A stretch of 64,000 nt of DNA, from positions 1,867,547 to 1,931,546 of the forward strand of contig OY762444.1 of assembly GCA_963665735.1 (NCBI GenBank), read 5' to 3'. The position numbers were made by a program, and so were the translations under genes. Of this stretch, positions 17,784 to 26,049 are shown piece after piece. The notes beneath the pieces are model-generated. The model saw nothing but the letters and a program-made list of their open reading frames with translations. It ran no database searches and had not been told where the DNA came from. Numbering within the stretch: the first letter of the stretch is position 1; every line of letters starts with the position of its first letter. The DNA is from Dehalococcoidia bacterium. GTDB taxonomy: Bacteria > Chloroflexota > Dehalococcoidia > Lucifugimonadales > UBA3495.

Positions 17784-17830
17784 CAGAGCCATACTGACAG
17801 GCAAACCCCAATTAACCAGAGGAGGCGCGT

Positions 17831-19528
17831 ATGCGGCAGAGGAACGACGGCGGCGAGGCCATTCTGGAGGCTTTTCGCAACCTGGATATTGACTACATCA
17901 TTTCGTCCCCCGGTTCCGAGTGGGCGCCGGTGTGGGAGGCGTTGGCCCGCCAACAGTTGAACGAAACCCCCGGCCCGCGCTACGTCAACTGCTGGCACGA
18001 AACCTTGGCGGTGGACATGGCTATCGGCTACACCCGCGCCACCGGCAAGATGCAGGCCGTCCTGCTGCACGCCGGGGTTGGCCTGCTCCAGGGCAGCATG
18101 GGCATTCACAGCGCCAGCTTGGGAGAGGTGCCGGTACTGGTCTGTTCCGGCGAGGCCATCAGCTACGGGGAAAACCCGGAGTTGGACCCGCAAGGGCAAT
18201 GGTATCGCAACCTTAGCGTGGTGGGCGGCCCCAACCGTTTCGCCGACGCCTTTACCAAGTGGAGCGGCCAGGCCACCAGCCCCCATACCCTCTACGAGCA
18301 GGTTGTCCGGGCCGGGGAGATTGCCCAACGGACACCCAAAGGCCCGGCGTTCATTGACATTCCCATCGAGACGATGATTCACGACTGGACTCCGCCGGCC
18401 AAGCTGCGGAGAATTGCCGACGCTCCAAGGACGCAACCGACTCCCCAGGACATTGACCGCCTGGCCGGGCTGGTGGCGCAAAGCCGGTCGCCGCTGATTA
18501 TCACCGACTCGGCGGGGTGGGAACCCGACGGGTTCGCCAACCTGGTGCGGCTGGCGGAGCTTTTCGCCATTCCGGTGGTGGAGAGCGCGGCGGTTTACTC
18601 CAACTTCCCCAAGAGCCACCCGCTGCACCTGGGGTTTGAGCCGGGGCCATACCTGTCGGGGGCCGACCTGGTACTGCTGGCCGGCAGCCGTTCCCCCTGG
18701 TATCCGCCCAACGCCGGGCCGGAAAACGCCACGGTCATTGCGATGGGGGAGACACCCATCAAGAAGGAAATGGCCTACCAGAACCTGTTGGCCGACGGGT
18801 ACGTGGAAGGCGACTTGACCCTGGCCCTGGGGATGCTGGTTGAGGCCCTGGAACCGTTGGCCCCGGCCCGCGCCGACGCCATTGCAGAACGCAAATCCCG
18901 TTGGAAGGAAGAGCATCAACGGTTGACGGAAGGATACCGCCGGGCCGAAAACAACGTCCGGGATAAGCGGCCCATTGACCCGGTGCGGCTGTGCGCCGCC
19001 ATAAGCGAAGTTATGCCGGACAACACGGTTTACGTCGAGGAAGTCACGTCGCACCGGGCCGCCATATCCCGTCACGTCCGGTGGGAAGGCCCGCACAGCT
19101 ACTTTCACCCCAACGGCGGCCTGGGTCAGGGCCTTGGGCTGGCCTTGGGGGTGAAACTGGCGAAACCGCAGCAGCCGGTGGTTGCGCTGATGGGCGACGG
19201 GGGACTGCTATACAACCCAGTAGTGCAGAGTTTCGGGGCGGCGCGGGAGGCCAACCTGCCCATCCTGGTGGTGGTGTTCAACAACGGCAACTACGAGGCG
19301 ATGCGGCGGAACCACCTGCACTATTACCCGGAGGGCGTCGCGGCCCAGTCGGGAATCTTCCACGGCGTCCACATCCCCGGGCCGGACTACGGGCAGTTGG
19401 CGGCCCCCTTCGGCGGCTACGGCGAGCGGGTGGAAGACCCGTCGCAGCTCAATCAAGCGTTGGAAAACGGGCTGCGAGCAGTCCAGGAAGGCCGCACCGC
19501 CGTGCTGGACGTGGTATTGAGCCACTAA
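17831..19528 (+). CDS. Thiamine-diphosphate-dependent enzyme (acetolactate synthase large subunit-like family)
   Basis: GGEAILEAFRNLDIDYIISSPGSEW marks the Pyr domain. LMGDGGLLYNPVVQSFGAAREANLPILVVVFNNGNY is the GDG...NN ThDP-binding motif. Confidence 0.8.
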   Translation: MRQRNDGGEAILEAFRNLDIDYIISSPGSEWAPVWEALARQQLNETPGPRYVNCWHETLAVDMAIGYTRATGKMQAVLLHAGVGLLQGSMGIHSASLGEVPVLVCSGEAISYGENPELDPQGQWYRNLSVVGGPNRFADAFTKWSGQATSPHTLYEQVVRAGEIAQRTPKGPAFIDIPIETMIHDWTPPAKLRRIADAPRTQPTPQDIDRLAGLVAQSRSPLIITDSAGWEPDGFANLVRLAELFAIPVVESAAVYSNFPKSHPLHLGFEPGPYLSGADLVLLAGSRSPWYPPNAGPENATVIAMGETPIKKEMAYQNLLADGYVEGDLTLALGMLVEALEPLAPARADAIAERKSRWKEEHQRLTEGYRRAENNVRDKRPIDPVRLCAAISEVMPDNTVYVEEVTSHRAAISRHVRWEGPHSYFHPNGGLGQGLGLALGVKLAKPQQPVVALMGDGGLLYNPVVQSFGAAREANLPILVVVFNNGNYEAMRRNHLHYYPEGVAAQSGIFHGVHIPGPDYGQLAAPFGGYGERVEDPSQLNQALENGLRAVQEGRTAVLDVVLSH

Positions 19529-19587
19529 CCACCCCGTTGGGCGGCGGCGAATCTATCGTTGGCGGTAAAGCGCGGGCATGGGCCAAT

Positions 19588-20739
19588 TTATTTATCGGTT
19601 CCGGCGACTTGGGTTTCGGCGACAAGTCGCAAGGACAGGAACGCCTCTTTCAACGGTTGGTTTACTGCGCTATCCGGTTCCTCCAGAACCAACGCTTGGT
19701 ATGCGTCGGGGAATTGGGTCCTGACACGGTGAAAAAGGTGCAGGAAATGACGCAAGAAACCAATGCAGTCCAGCACAACAACCTCCACCCCGCCTAGAGA
19801 TTCGTACAAGGAACTGGCATATTCCTTAACCTCTGGGCTAATAGTGTCAGTCGTGATGAAAATGTAGTTGTCGATTCTGGGAGTGCGAGAAGCAATCTTT
19901 GTGACGGCCCTGTCAATGTCGTCGATAGTTACCTGCTTTAACTTCATTTCGTAGCTGGTAACTACTTCTTTGTCATTAGTCAGCACTATCTCCAGGTCTC
20001 CAAGAGCACCCGTTTGCTCGTCCGCCGCGTTGTGCGCTAAAAGCGGTTTTGCGGTCTCGCCGATCTTATCTTTCGCAACAGTGTAGGCGGCAGCCACCAC
20101 CAACACAGGCAGACGACTGGCGCTTGGGCACTGCAAGTGTTGTACGATTAAGGTAATGATTCCTTCCGAAGACAATGACAAACCACCCTTGCTTCCCTTT
20201 ATATCAGCAAGCAGAGTATCCATCCTTTGCCTTTTTTCATCCCGAACAACGCAAAGGAACCTGATGGTGTCTGACAGAACTGCCTCCGCCGTAGCACGGC
20301 CCGAAGCCACGTCGTTAAGAACTTGAAGCGTTTCGCGGTAAAGCTGAGTCGGCCGTCCGACGATATTGGTGCCTACTGTTAATGGGTAGTCTATGTTTCT
20401 AAGGGCAGGCGTGAGAAATGCGGTTGTTTGATTGCAGGGGAGACGTTTACTGTTGATGAATTGAGTTATGTATTGTTCATCATGCGTTCTGCCAGAAAAA
20501 TATGAGTCACTCTCAATTTCCGTATAGGGTTCACGAGGGTCAACATCAGGTCGGTGAATTTTGCCGAGCATACAAGCCATTAAAAGACGTACACACGCCC
20601 GGTTCGTGAGGCATCGTGCCACATATTCAATCCTGGCCAATATCTCCTCATCTTGCAAAATTGGAGCGTCCAAGGCTTGCTCGGCCTTGGCATACAACCG
20701 TTCCAGGATTTCCGTTGGGCTTTCGGTCATCGCTGCCAC
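19588..20739 (-). CDS. Putative Type II restriction endonuclease (PD-(D/E)xK)
   Basis: 383-aa ORF overlapping the upstream Dam-like methylase gene by 13 nt. It shows the candidate catalytic core GALGDLEIVLTNDKEVVTSYEMKLK (D...E-x-K). It sits in an AT-rich island. Specificity is unknown. Confidence 0.55.
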   Translation of the reverse strand: MAAMTESPTEILERLYAKAEQALDAPILQDEEILARIEYVARCLTNRACVRLLMACMLGKIHRPDVDPREPYTEIESDSYFSGRTHDEQYITQFINSKRLPCNQTTAFLTPALRNIDYPLTVGTNIVGRPTQLYRETLQVLNDVASGRATAEAVLSDTIRFLCVVRDEKRQRMDTLLADIKGSKGGLSLSSEGIITLIVQHLQCPSASRLPVLVVAAAYTVAKDKIGETAKPLLAHNAADEQTGALGDLEIVLTNDKEVVTSYEMKLKQVTIDDIDRAVTKIASRTPRIDNYIFITTDTISPEVKEYASSLYESLGGVEVVVLDCIGFLRHFLHLFHRVRTQFPDAYQALVLEEPDSAVNQPLKEAFLSLRLVAETQVAGTDK

Positions 20740-21716
20740 CCGATTTCTGCTTGCTCGTTGCTATCAAGAACAACTTCCGTCGTGGGATAATTGGTCCAGA
20801 GCACCTCTGAGCGTTTGCCTTTGGTGGCATGGTTCGTTCTAGGCGGTAGAACGTGCTTAAACCAACGGTCTTGCGGATAGAGAAGGTCGAGCAATTCACA
20901 ATCATAGTTGGAAAATGCGACTAGGCCCTTGGCTGCATTCAGGGTATAGGCAAGTTCCTGATGTTGTAGATTCGTCATCTCGAACTCGTAAGCCTTCGAG
21001 TCACTACGGGTTTCGTGGACGTAGGGCGGATCACAGTAGAACAGCGTATTGGGGGAATCGTACAGTTGGATGACATCAATAGCCGGGCGATTTTCAATCT
21101 GAACGCGCAACAACCGTTCTGCGATGTCGGGCAGGGAGTCCATGCTGCCTAGCCATCGGCTCACGACCCCACTCATTCCCGCCCTTGTGGTATTTATGCA
21201 ATTGGCCCATCGTCCTACTGACGCAGTTTGGGCTAAGCCAGTTCGCACTTGCCGCGCCCTCACATAAAACCTTCGCGCCCGTTCTACTGCCGGAATGTTT
21301 GCGTCAAGCAAACACGCCATCACGAATTCTTCCCGAGAGAAAGGGGTTAGCGCAATCAGTCTTGCTAACTCATCAGGTTCGTCACGAAGAACTCGAAAGA
21401 AATTGCAAACTTCGCCGTCCAAGTCGTTGTACGTCTCAACAGGAGATGGGCAACGATTCAACAACACGGCAGCAGACCCGGCGAACGGTTCGCAATAATG
21501 ATGGCACGTGGGCAACAACGGCAACAGCCAATCAAGGTGGGAGAACTTCCCTCCGTACCACCCAAATGGAATGAGTTTCTTTCTCCGGGTCAGCTTGGAA
21601 ATGGGTGGTGGTACATTCTTTCGGATTTTGCCATTCTTTACCGGCTTTTCGTTATTCATATCGCGGCTGACCGTCCCAAATCTGTGAAGGGATGATGATA
21701 GAAAAAGACCGCCCAT
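20727..21716 (-). CDS. DNA adenine methyltransferase, Dam/D12-class
   Basis: WYGGKFSHLDWLLPLLPTCHHYCEPFAGSAAVLLN is the motif I region and LFYCDPPYVHETR is the DPPY motif. The start is uncertain: ATG 21716, or ATG 21659 giving MNNEKP. Confidence 0.8.
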   Translation of the reverse strand: MGGLFLSSSLHRFGTVSRDMNNEKPVKNGKIRKNVPPPISKLTRRKKLIPFGWYGGKFSHLDWLLPLLPTCHHYCEPFAGSAAVLLNRCPSPVETYNDLDGEVCNFFRVLRDEPDELARLIALTPFSREEFVMACLLDANIPAVERARRFYVRARQVRTGLAQTASVGRWANCINTTRAGMSGVVSRWLGSMDSLPDIAERLLRVQIENRPAIDVIQLYDSPNTLFYCDPPYVHETRSDSKAYEFEMTNLQHQELAYTLNAAKGLVAFSNYDCELLDLLYPQDRWFKHVLPPRTNHATKGKRSEVLWTNYPTTEVVLDSNEQAEIGWQR

Positions 21717-21738
21717 GTCAACAACATACTGTCAGCCA

Positions 21739-22950
21739 TTAACCACCCTGTCCGGCGGCAGCGAACTCTTGGGCCAGGGCGATTAGGGCCGGGTCGGAGT
21801 TGCGGTTGCCCAGCAGGGACAGGCCGACGGGGAGGCCGTCAACCTCGGCGGCGGGGATGCTCAATTGGGGGCGTCCGGTGTTGCCGGCGATGGAGGTCAG
21901 CGCGCTGTTGCGGAGCCGCAGGGCGTGGCGTTCCGAAACTTTCTGGCCCACCGGCGGGGCCGGTGATACGGTGGTGGGCAGACAAACCACGGTTGGCCCA
22001 TCGCCGAATACTTCGTCCATGCGCCGGATGATTTCCTCCCGGCCGGCTTGAGCCGTTTCCACTTGGGCATCGGTGATTTCCCGGGCGGTAACGTAGCGGT
22101 CGGAAACCTCGAAACTGAAACGGGGATTTACGGCGTCAATCCAGTCTTTCACCGATTCCCAAGCCTCGCGGCTCTGGAGTACCTGCTGGTGACCGGACCA
22201 TTGGGCCAGACTTTCCGGGGCCAACCTTTCGGTGACGGTGGCGCCGCACAGTTCCCCTATTTGTTCGGCCAGGGGCAGCAGGGCCGCCGCGATTTCGGGG
22301 TCGGCCAAGTCGAAAGCGTCCTGGGCGATTACCAGCCGGGTAGGGCGGGTGCGGCACAGGTCTTGACCGGCGAACAGGGCATCGGCCACCCGTCGGAAGG
22401 TGTCAATGTCCCGGGCGAACCAGCCGATGGTGTCGTAGCTGGGGGCTTGGAGCAGAATCCCGTCCAGGGGTATCAGGCCGTGGGTGGGGCGCAGGCCGTA
22501 GAGTCCGCAGAAACTGGCCGGTACTCGGACGGAGCCGCCGGTGTCGGAACCCAGGGCAAAATCCACCAGCCGGCCAGCCACCGCGGAGGCGGAGCCGCTG
22601 GAAGAACCGCCGGGCACCCGTCCGGGGGCGCGGGGGTTGACCGGGGTTCCGTAGTGGGCGTTTTCGCCGAAGATGCCGCGGGTCAGTTCGTCGGTGATGG
22701 TCTTGCCAGCCATCGTCGCCCCGGCGTCCACCAGCGTTTGCACCACCCAGGCGGTGCGGTGGGCCGGCGGATGAGTGGCTTTCCAGTCCGGGTTGCCGCC
22801 GCCGGTGACGTGACCGGCCACGTCGAAAATGTCCTTGGCGGCGAAGGTCAGCCCGGAAAGAGGCCCGCCGGGGGCGCCGGCAAGAAAGGCGTCGCTGTCC
22901 CGGCAAAAAGCGTTGTAGGGGTCGTTGGTGACCGGGCTATGGGTGGACAT
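21739..22950 (-). CDS. Amidase (amidase-signature family)
   Basis: GGSSSGSASAVA is the amidase-signature glycine/serine-rich motif. Length 403 aa. Confidence 0.85.
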   Translation of the reverse strand: MSTHSPVTNDPYNAFCRDSDAFLAGAPGGPLSGLTFAAKDIFDVAGHVTGGGNPDWKATHPPAHRTAWVVQTLVDAGATMAGKTITDELTRGIFGENAHYGTPVNPRAPGRVPGGSSSGSASAVAGRLVDFALGSDTGGSVRVPASFCGLYGLRPTHGLIPLDGILLQAPSYDTIGWFARDIDTFRRVADALFAGQDLCRTRPTRLVIAQDAFDLADPEIAAALLPLAEQIGELCGATVTERLAPESLAQWSGHQQVLQSREAWESVKDWIDAVNPRFSFEVSDRYVTAREITDAQVETAQAGREEIIRRMDEVFGDGPTVVCLPTTVSPAPPVGQKVSERHALRLRNSALTSIAGNTGRPQLSIPAAEVDGLPVGLSLLGNRNSDPALIALAQEFAAAGQGG

Positions 22951-22986
22951 GGCGGCGGCATCCTTTCGGGTTTGGTACTGGAAGGG

Positions 22987-24036
22987 TTACAGCAGGTCCT
23001 GGTTGAGTGTTACGCCGAAACCGGGGCGGTCGTTGGGCGCGATGTAGCCGTTTTCCGGCGCGGGTTCTTCCAGCCAGAGGTTATCCCGCCGGGGCCGGAT
23101 GTGGTCGGAATGGTACTCGGCCAGGTCAGCCCAATCGCTGGCGATGATGAGGTGCAGTCCCCAGACTTCGCCGCCCCGGTGGGGAGAAACGGGGATTCCG
23201 TGGGCGCGGGCCAAATCCACGATGCGGAGTCCGGCGGTAATGCCGCCGCACCAGGTAATGTCGGGCTGCCAGAGTCCCAAGGCATCGGCGTCGGCAACGG
23301 CGGCGAAACCGTGATGGGTAAATTCATGCTCGCCGCCGGCCAGCAGAACCGGGGCCACCTGGGGCCGGAGTTGGGCTTGACCAGCCAGGTCGTCGGGGGT
23401 CAAAACGTCCTCATAGAAGTAAAGGTTGAACTCGGCCAGATTCGCCGCCATCCGGCGGGTGGTATCGGCGTCCCAGGACATATAGGAGTCAATCATCAGC
23501 CTGGCGTCGGGGCCATAGACGCTGCGGGCGCGGGCGGCCTGGTCATAGGCGGTCTGGAAATCGGCGTCGTCACCGCTCCAACGGTGAGGGAATTTGTGGC
23601 TGCGGTAGCCCAGGGCGGCGTACTGCTCGGAATCGGGGCCGGTAGCGTAGGCTATGACTTGGGGCTTGGCCGGGCCGCCCAGCAGTTGATAGACGGGCTG
23701 GTTTTCGGCCTTGGCCAGCAGGTCGTAAAGGCCCAGGTCAACGCCGCTCAGGGCCATGACGGCCAGCCCCTTGCGCCCGTAGGGAAGGGAGGCGGTGTAG
23801 AGGTCGTCCCAGACGGCGGCGATGTCGGCCAGCGTGTCTATGCGCCGGCCCAGCAGAAGTTCGCGGAAGTGGCGGTTGACGATTTCCACGGAGGCAACGC
23901 CGCCGCCGCCGTAGCCAAAACCGGAAATTCCAGCGTCGGTTTCGATGCGGACAACGATTTGCCAGAAGTGGGTACGCCAGGACGGGACGACGTGGCGATA
24001 GTTGGGAAAGACGGCTTTAACGTCGGTGATTTTCAT
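22987..24036 (-). CDS. Enolase-superfamily enzyme (mandelate racemase / muconate lactonizing / acid-sugar dehydratase-like)
   Basis: ORF 22987..24177 trimmed to ATG 24036 (MKITDVKAVFPNY...). LSGVDLGLYDLLAKAENQPVYQLLGG is the typical N-terminal capping-domain motif. Confidence 0.75.
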   Translation of the reverse strand: MKITDVKAVFPNYRHVVPSWRTHFWQIVVRIETDAGISGFGYGGGGVASVEIVNRHFRELLLGRRIDTLADIAAVWDDLYTASLPYGRKGLAVMALSGVDLGLYDLLAKAENQPVYQLLGGPAKPQVIAYATGPDSEQYAALGYRSHKFPHRWSGDDADFQTAYDQAARARSVYGPDARLMIDSYMSWDADTTRRMAANLAEFNLYFYEDVLTPDDLAGQAQLRPQVAPVLLAGGEHEFTHHGFAAVADADALGLWQPDITWCGGITAGLRIVDLARAHGIPVSPHRGGEVWGLHLIIASDWADLAEYHSDHIRPRRDNLWLEEPAPENGYIAPNDRPGFGVTLNQDLL

Positions 24037-24186
24037 GGCCGGTTGGCGAAGGACGGCTTGGGGTTTGGCGTTGGCGTTGCGCCGACAGGATAGCCGGCGC
24101 ATAGGGGCAGTGGCAAGGGATTTTGAGCCACCGCCCCTTTCCCTGGGAGGGACGACGGACAGGAATGTCCATCGCACCGCGGGGGA

Positions 24187-24595
24187 GTGAAAATTTTACC
24201 TTTTCCGCCAAAATTATCCATTTTTGACCATTTGAGCGTGGATTGGGGGGTTGGATGTGTCCAGGAAGTGTCCATTTGGGGGGATATTTGGGCGGTTTTG
24301 GCGATTTTGGACACTTTTTGGGCGGGTTTTGGGCAGGTTTTACCCCCTCCCCAACCCTCCCCCTCATAGGGGGCGGGAGCAATCGGGCGGGTGAAAATTT
24401 TGCTTTTTTGTTGGAAAAAGCGCTCATTTTTAATCAAAAGCGCTCATTTAAGCGTGGATTCGGGGAGTCCGATGCGCTCAAAAGCGCTCATTTTTCTCCC
24501 AAAAATGATTAGTTTTGAGCGGTTTTGACCACTTTTGATCATTTTTTGAGCAGGTTTATTCGGTTGTTTTGGGGTCTCCTTTTGGTTGATTTTGG
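24187..24595. other. AT-rich non-coding segment with helically phased T-tracts and iteron-like direct repeats
   Basis: T-tracts start at 24275, 24287, 24296, 24305, 24315, 24327, 24338 and at 24513, 24523, 24533, 24542, 24555, 24567, 24580, 24590. The motif AAAAGCGCTCATTT occurs at 24416, 24437 and 24480. A longer direct repeat GTGAAAATTTT...GCGTGGATT(G/C)GGG occurs at 24187..24248 and 24391..24465. Confidence 0.7.
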
Positions 24596-24599
24596 GGTT

Positions 24600-24990
24600 C
24601 CGGCGTTGGGATTTCAGGGTTGCCCGGCCGGGCGTTCCGGCTTTGCCCCGTCCCTTCAAGGGGGACGTTAAGCTGCCGCCGGTGGAGCGTGGCCGACTAC
24701 CGCCGCTACCACCCCGAAGGGGAGCAGCCACCCGTCGTCCAGGGGCACGGGCCGACTACCGCCGCTACCACCCCGCAGGGGAGCAGCCACCCGCCAGCCA
24801 GGGGCACGCCCGACTTTTGCCAGCCAAGGTTCTCCCAAGGGAGAAGGGCCGACGCCCGTCGGTGGGGCAGTTGCCGCAGCGGAGTCGTTAGACCTCGCAT
24901 CGGATAAGAGCCATGGTTATCCGGGAGGGACTCTCGACGCAAACGGCGGGGCGGGCTGCTGCATAGGCGGTTCCTCCTGGGTTTAGGATG
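24600..24990 (-). ncRNA. Candidate structured RNA of unknown class (minus strand favoured)
   Basis: A dense series of stable hairpins that do not belong to the window's repeat families. A tandem 59-nt unit (24691..24749, 24750..24808) folds on the minus strand into stems capped by UUCG and UGCG tetraloops, with a G-U pair that would be A-C on the plus strand. Additional hairpins lie at 24830..24845, 24849..24862 and 24902..24922. No known RNA family recognised. Confidence 0.3.
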
Positions 24991-25004
24991 GGGTACAAAG
25001 AAAA

Positions 25005-25032
25005 GGGACGGCCCCTTATTGAGGGTCGTCCC
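25005..25032 (-). terminator. Candidate intrinsic terminator (minus strand)
   Basis: GGGACGGCCC..GGGTCGTCCC forms a 10-bp stem (one mismatch or wobble). On the minus strand it is followed by UUUUCUUUGUA (25004..24994). Confidence 0.3.
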
Positions 25033-25096
25033 TACGCTGGTCATGTTACATAACAGGGGGAGGGTTGTCAAGGGGGTTTTGTCAGTTGGGGGGACG

Positions 25097-26046
25097 CACC
25101 CCCTCCCCAGCCCTCCCCCTGGTAGGGGGAGGGGGTTGTTGATGAGGTATTCAATGGGCGCAAGACTGGTTTGGGGCGGGGGTTTCTGGATTCCGGCCTT
25201 CGCCGGAATGACGGGTTGAGGGGCGGGGGTTGGTTTCGTGGGGGTGAGGTTGGTTTGGGGGAAGGATTTTGGATTCTTCGCTTTCGCGGGAATGACGGTG
25301 GGGGTATTGGTTTCGTGGAGGGAAGGTTGGTTTGGGGGGAAGGATTTGAGATTCTTCGCTTTGCTCAGAATGACATGGGGGAGAGGGGATGGTTGCCGAT
25401 TACCGTGTTGGTGATTGGCGTTGGTAGGGGCGCACGGCCGTGCGCCCCTACGGTTCAGGAACGGTCGAGGGATGGCAACGCCGGCTCCGGCGAGGATGTG
25501 GATTCCCGCTCCTTCGGCTACGCTCAGGACAGGTTTCGCGGGAATGACGGTGCGGGGTGGGGGTTTTCACCACGGAGGCACGGAGAGCGCGGAGGGTTGG
25601 GAGGGAGACGGAGAGGCGACGGACAGGAATGTCCATCGCGCCCCCGGCTCTGCCCCTGCATGAGGGGTTTCTGGATTCCGGCTTTCGCCGGAATGACGGG
25701 TTGGGGTCGGCGATGTTGGTTCCAGGCGAGGATGTGGATTCCCGCTTGCGCGGGAATGACGGTTGGGGTATTGGTTTCGTGGAGGGAAGGTTGGTTTGGG
25801 GGGAAGGATTTGAGATTCTTCGCTTTGCTCAGAATGACATGGGGGAGAGGGGAGGTTTGCCGATTACCGTGTTGGTGATTGGCGTTGGTAGGGGCGCACG
25901 GCCGTGCGCCCCTACGGTTCAGGAACGGTCGAGGGATGGCAAGGTTGGTTGGGGGCGAGGATGTGGATTCCGGCTTTCGCGGGAATGACGGGTTGGGGGC
26001 GGGGGAATGACGAAATCCGCTGCGGGAATGACGGTCAATGCAAGAC
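25097..26046. repeat. About 1-kb gene-free mosaic of repeat families 1, 2, 4, 5 and 7, including a 191-bp near-identical direct repeat (25288..25478 and 25752..25942)
   Basis: Direct comparison of the two copies shows about 3 mismatches. The 28-nt palindrome GTAGGGGCGCACGGCCGTGCGCCCCTAC lies at 25424..25451 and 25888..25915. The ORFs called here (e.g. 25171..25878) are translations of the repeats. Confidence 0.85.
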
Positions 26047-26049
26047 CAG

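Noticed and set aside
22048-24093. Very long ORFs on the strand opposite to well-supported genes. Examples are 576..1610+, 2213..3511-, 10687..12498-, 22048..24093+, 33649..35091-, 40663..42126-, 46399..47937+, 53164..54813+, 54824..56776+ and 58670..60688-.
   Set aside because: Their products are low-complexity G/R/P/A-rich strings with no motifs. Each lies antisense to a CDS with clear family signatures. This is the typical stop-codon-poor shadow frame of GC-rich DNA.
24211-24465. Chromosomal origin (oriC) suggested by the AT-rich DNA plus TTATCCA / GTGGATT DnaA-box-like words.
   Set aside because: The matches to TTATCCACA are only partial (6-7 of 9). Only about three exist. No dnaA, dnaN or gid genes are nearby. 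The dominant repeat is a different 14-mer.
24691-24808. SRP RNA domain IV-like motif (CCCC-GAA-GGGGAGCAGCC on the plus strand). RNase P, tmRNA and 6S were also considered for 24600..24990.
   Set aside because: The motif is part of a tandem 59-nt duplication. The expected symmetric-loop partner and GNRA geometry do not fit. I find no GAGGAAAGUCC (RNase P P4) and no tRNA-like acceptor/T-arm (tmRNA). I kept the region only as an unclassified RNA candidate.
25171-25878. ORFs inside gene-free spacers (e.g. 24017..24437-, 25171..25878+, 25557..25988+, 41895..42269+, 50649..51064+).
   Set aside because: They are translations of the dispersed repeats (recurrent peptides such as FRGNDG, VGAHGRAPL, LRFAQNDM). 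They change frame with each repeat copy and lack start contexts.
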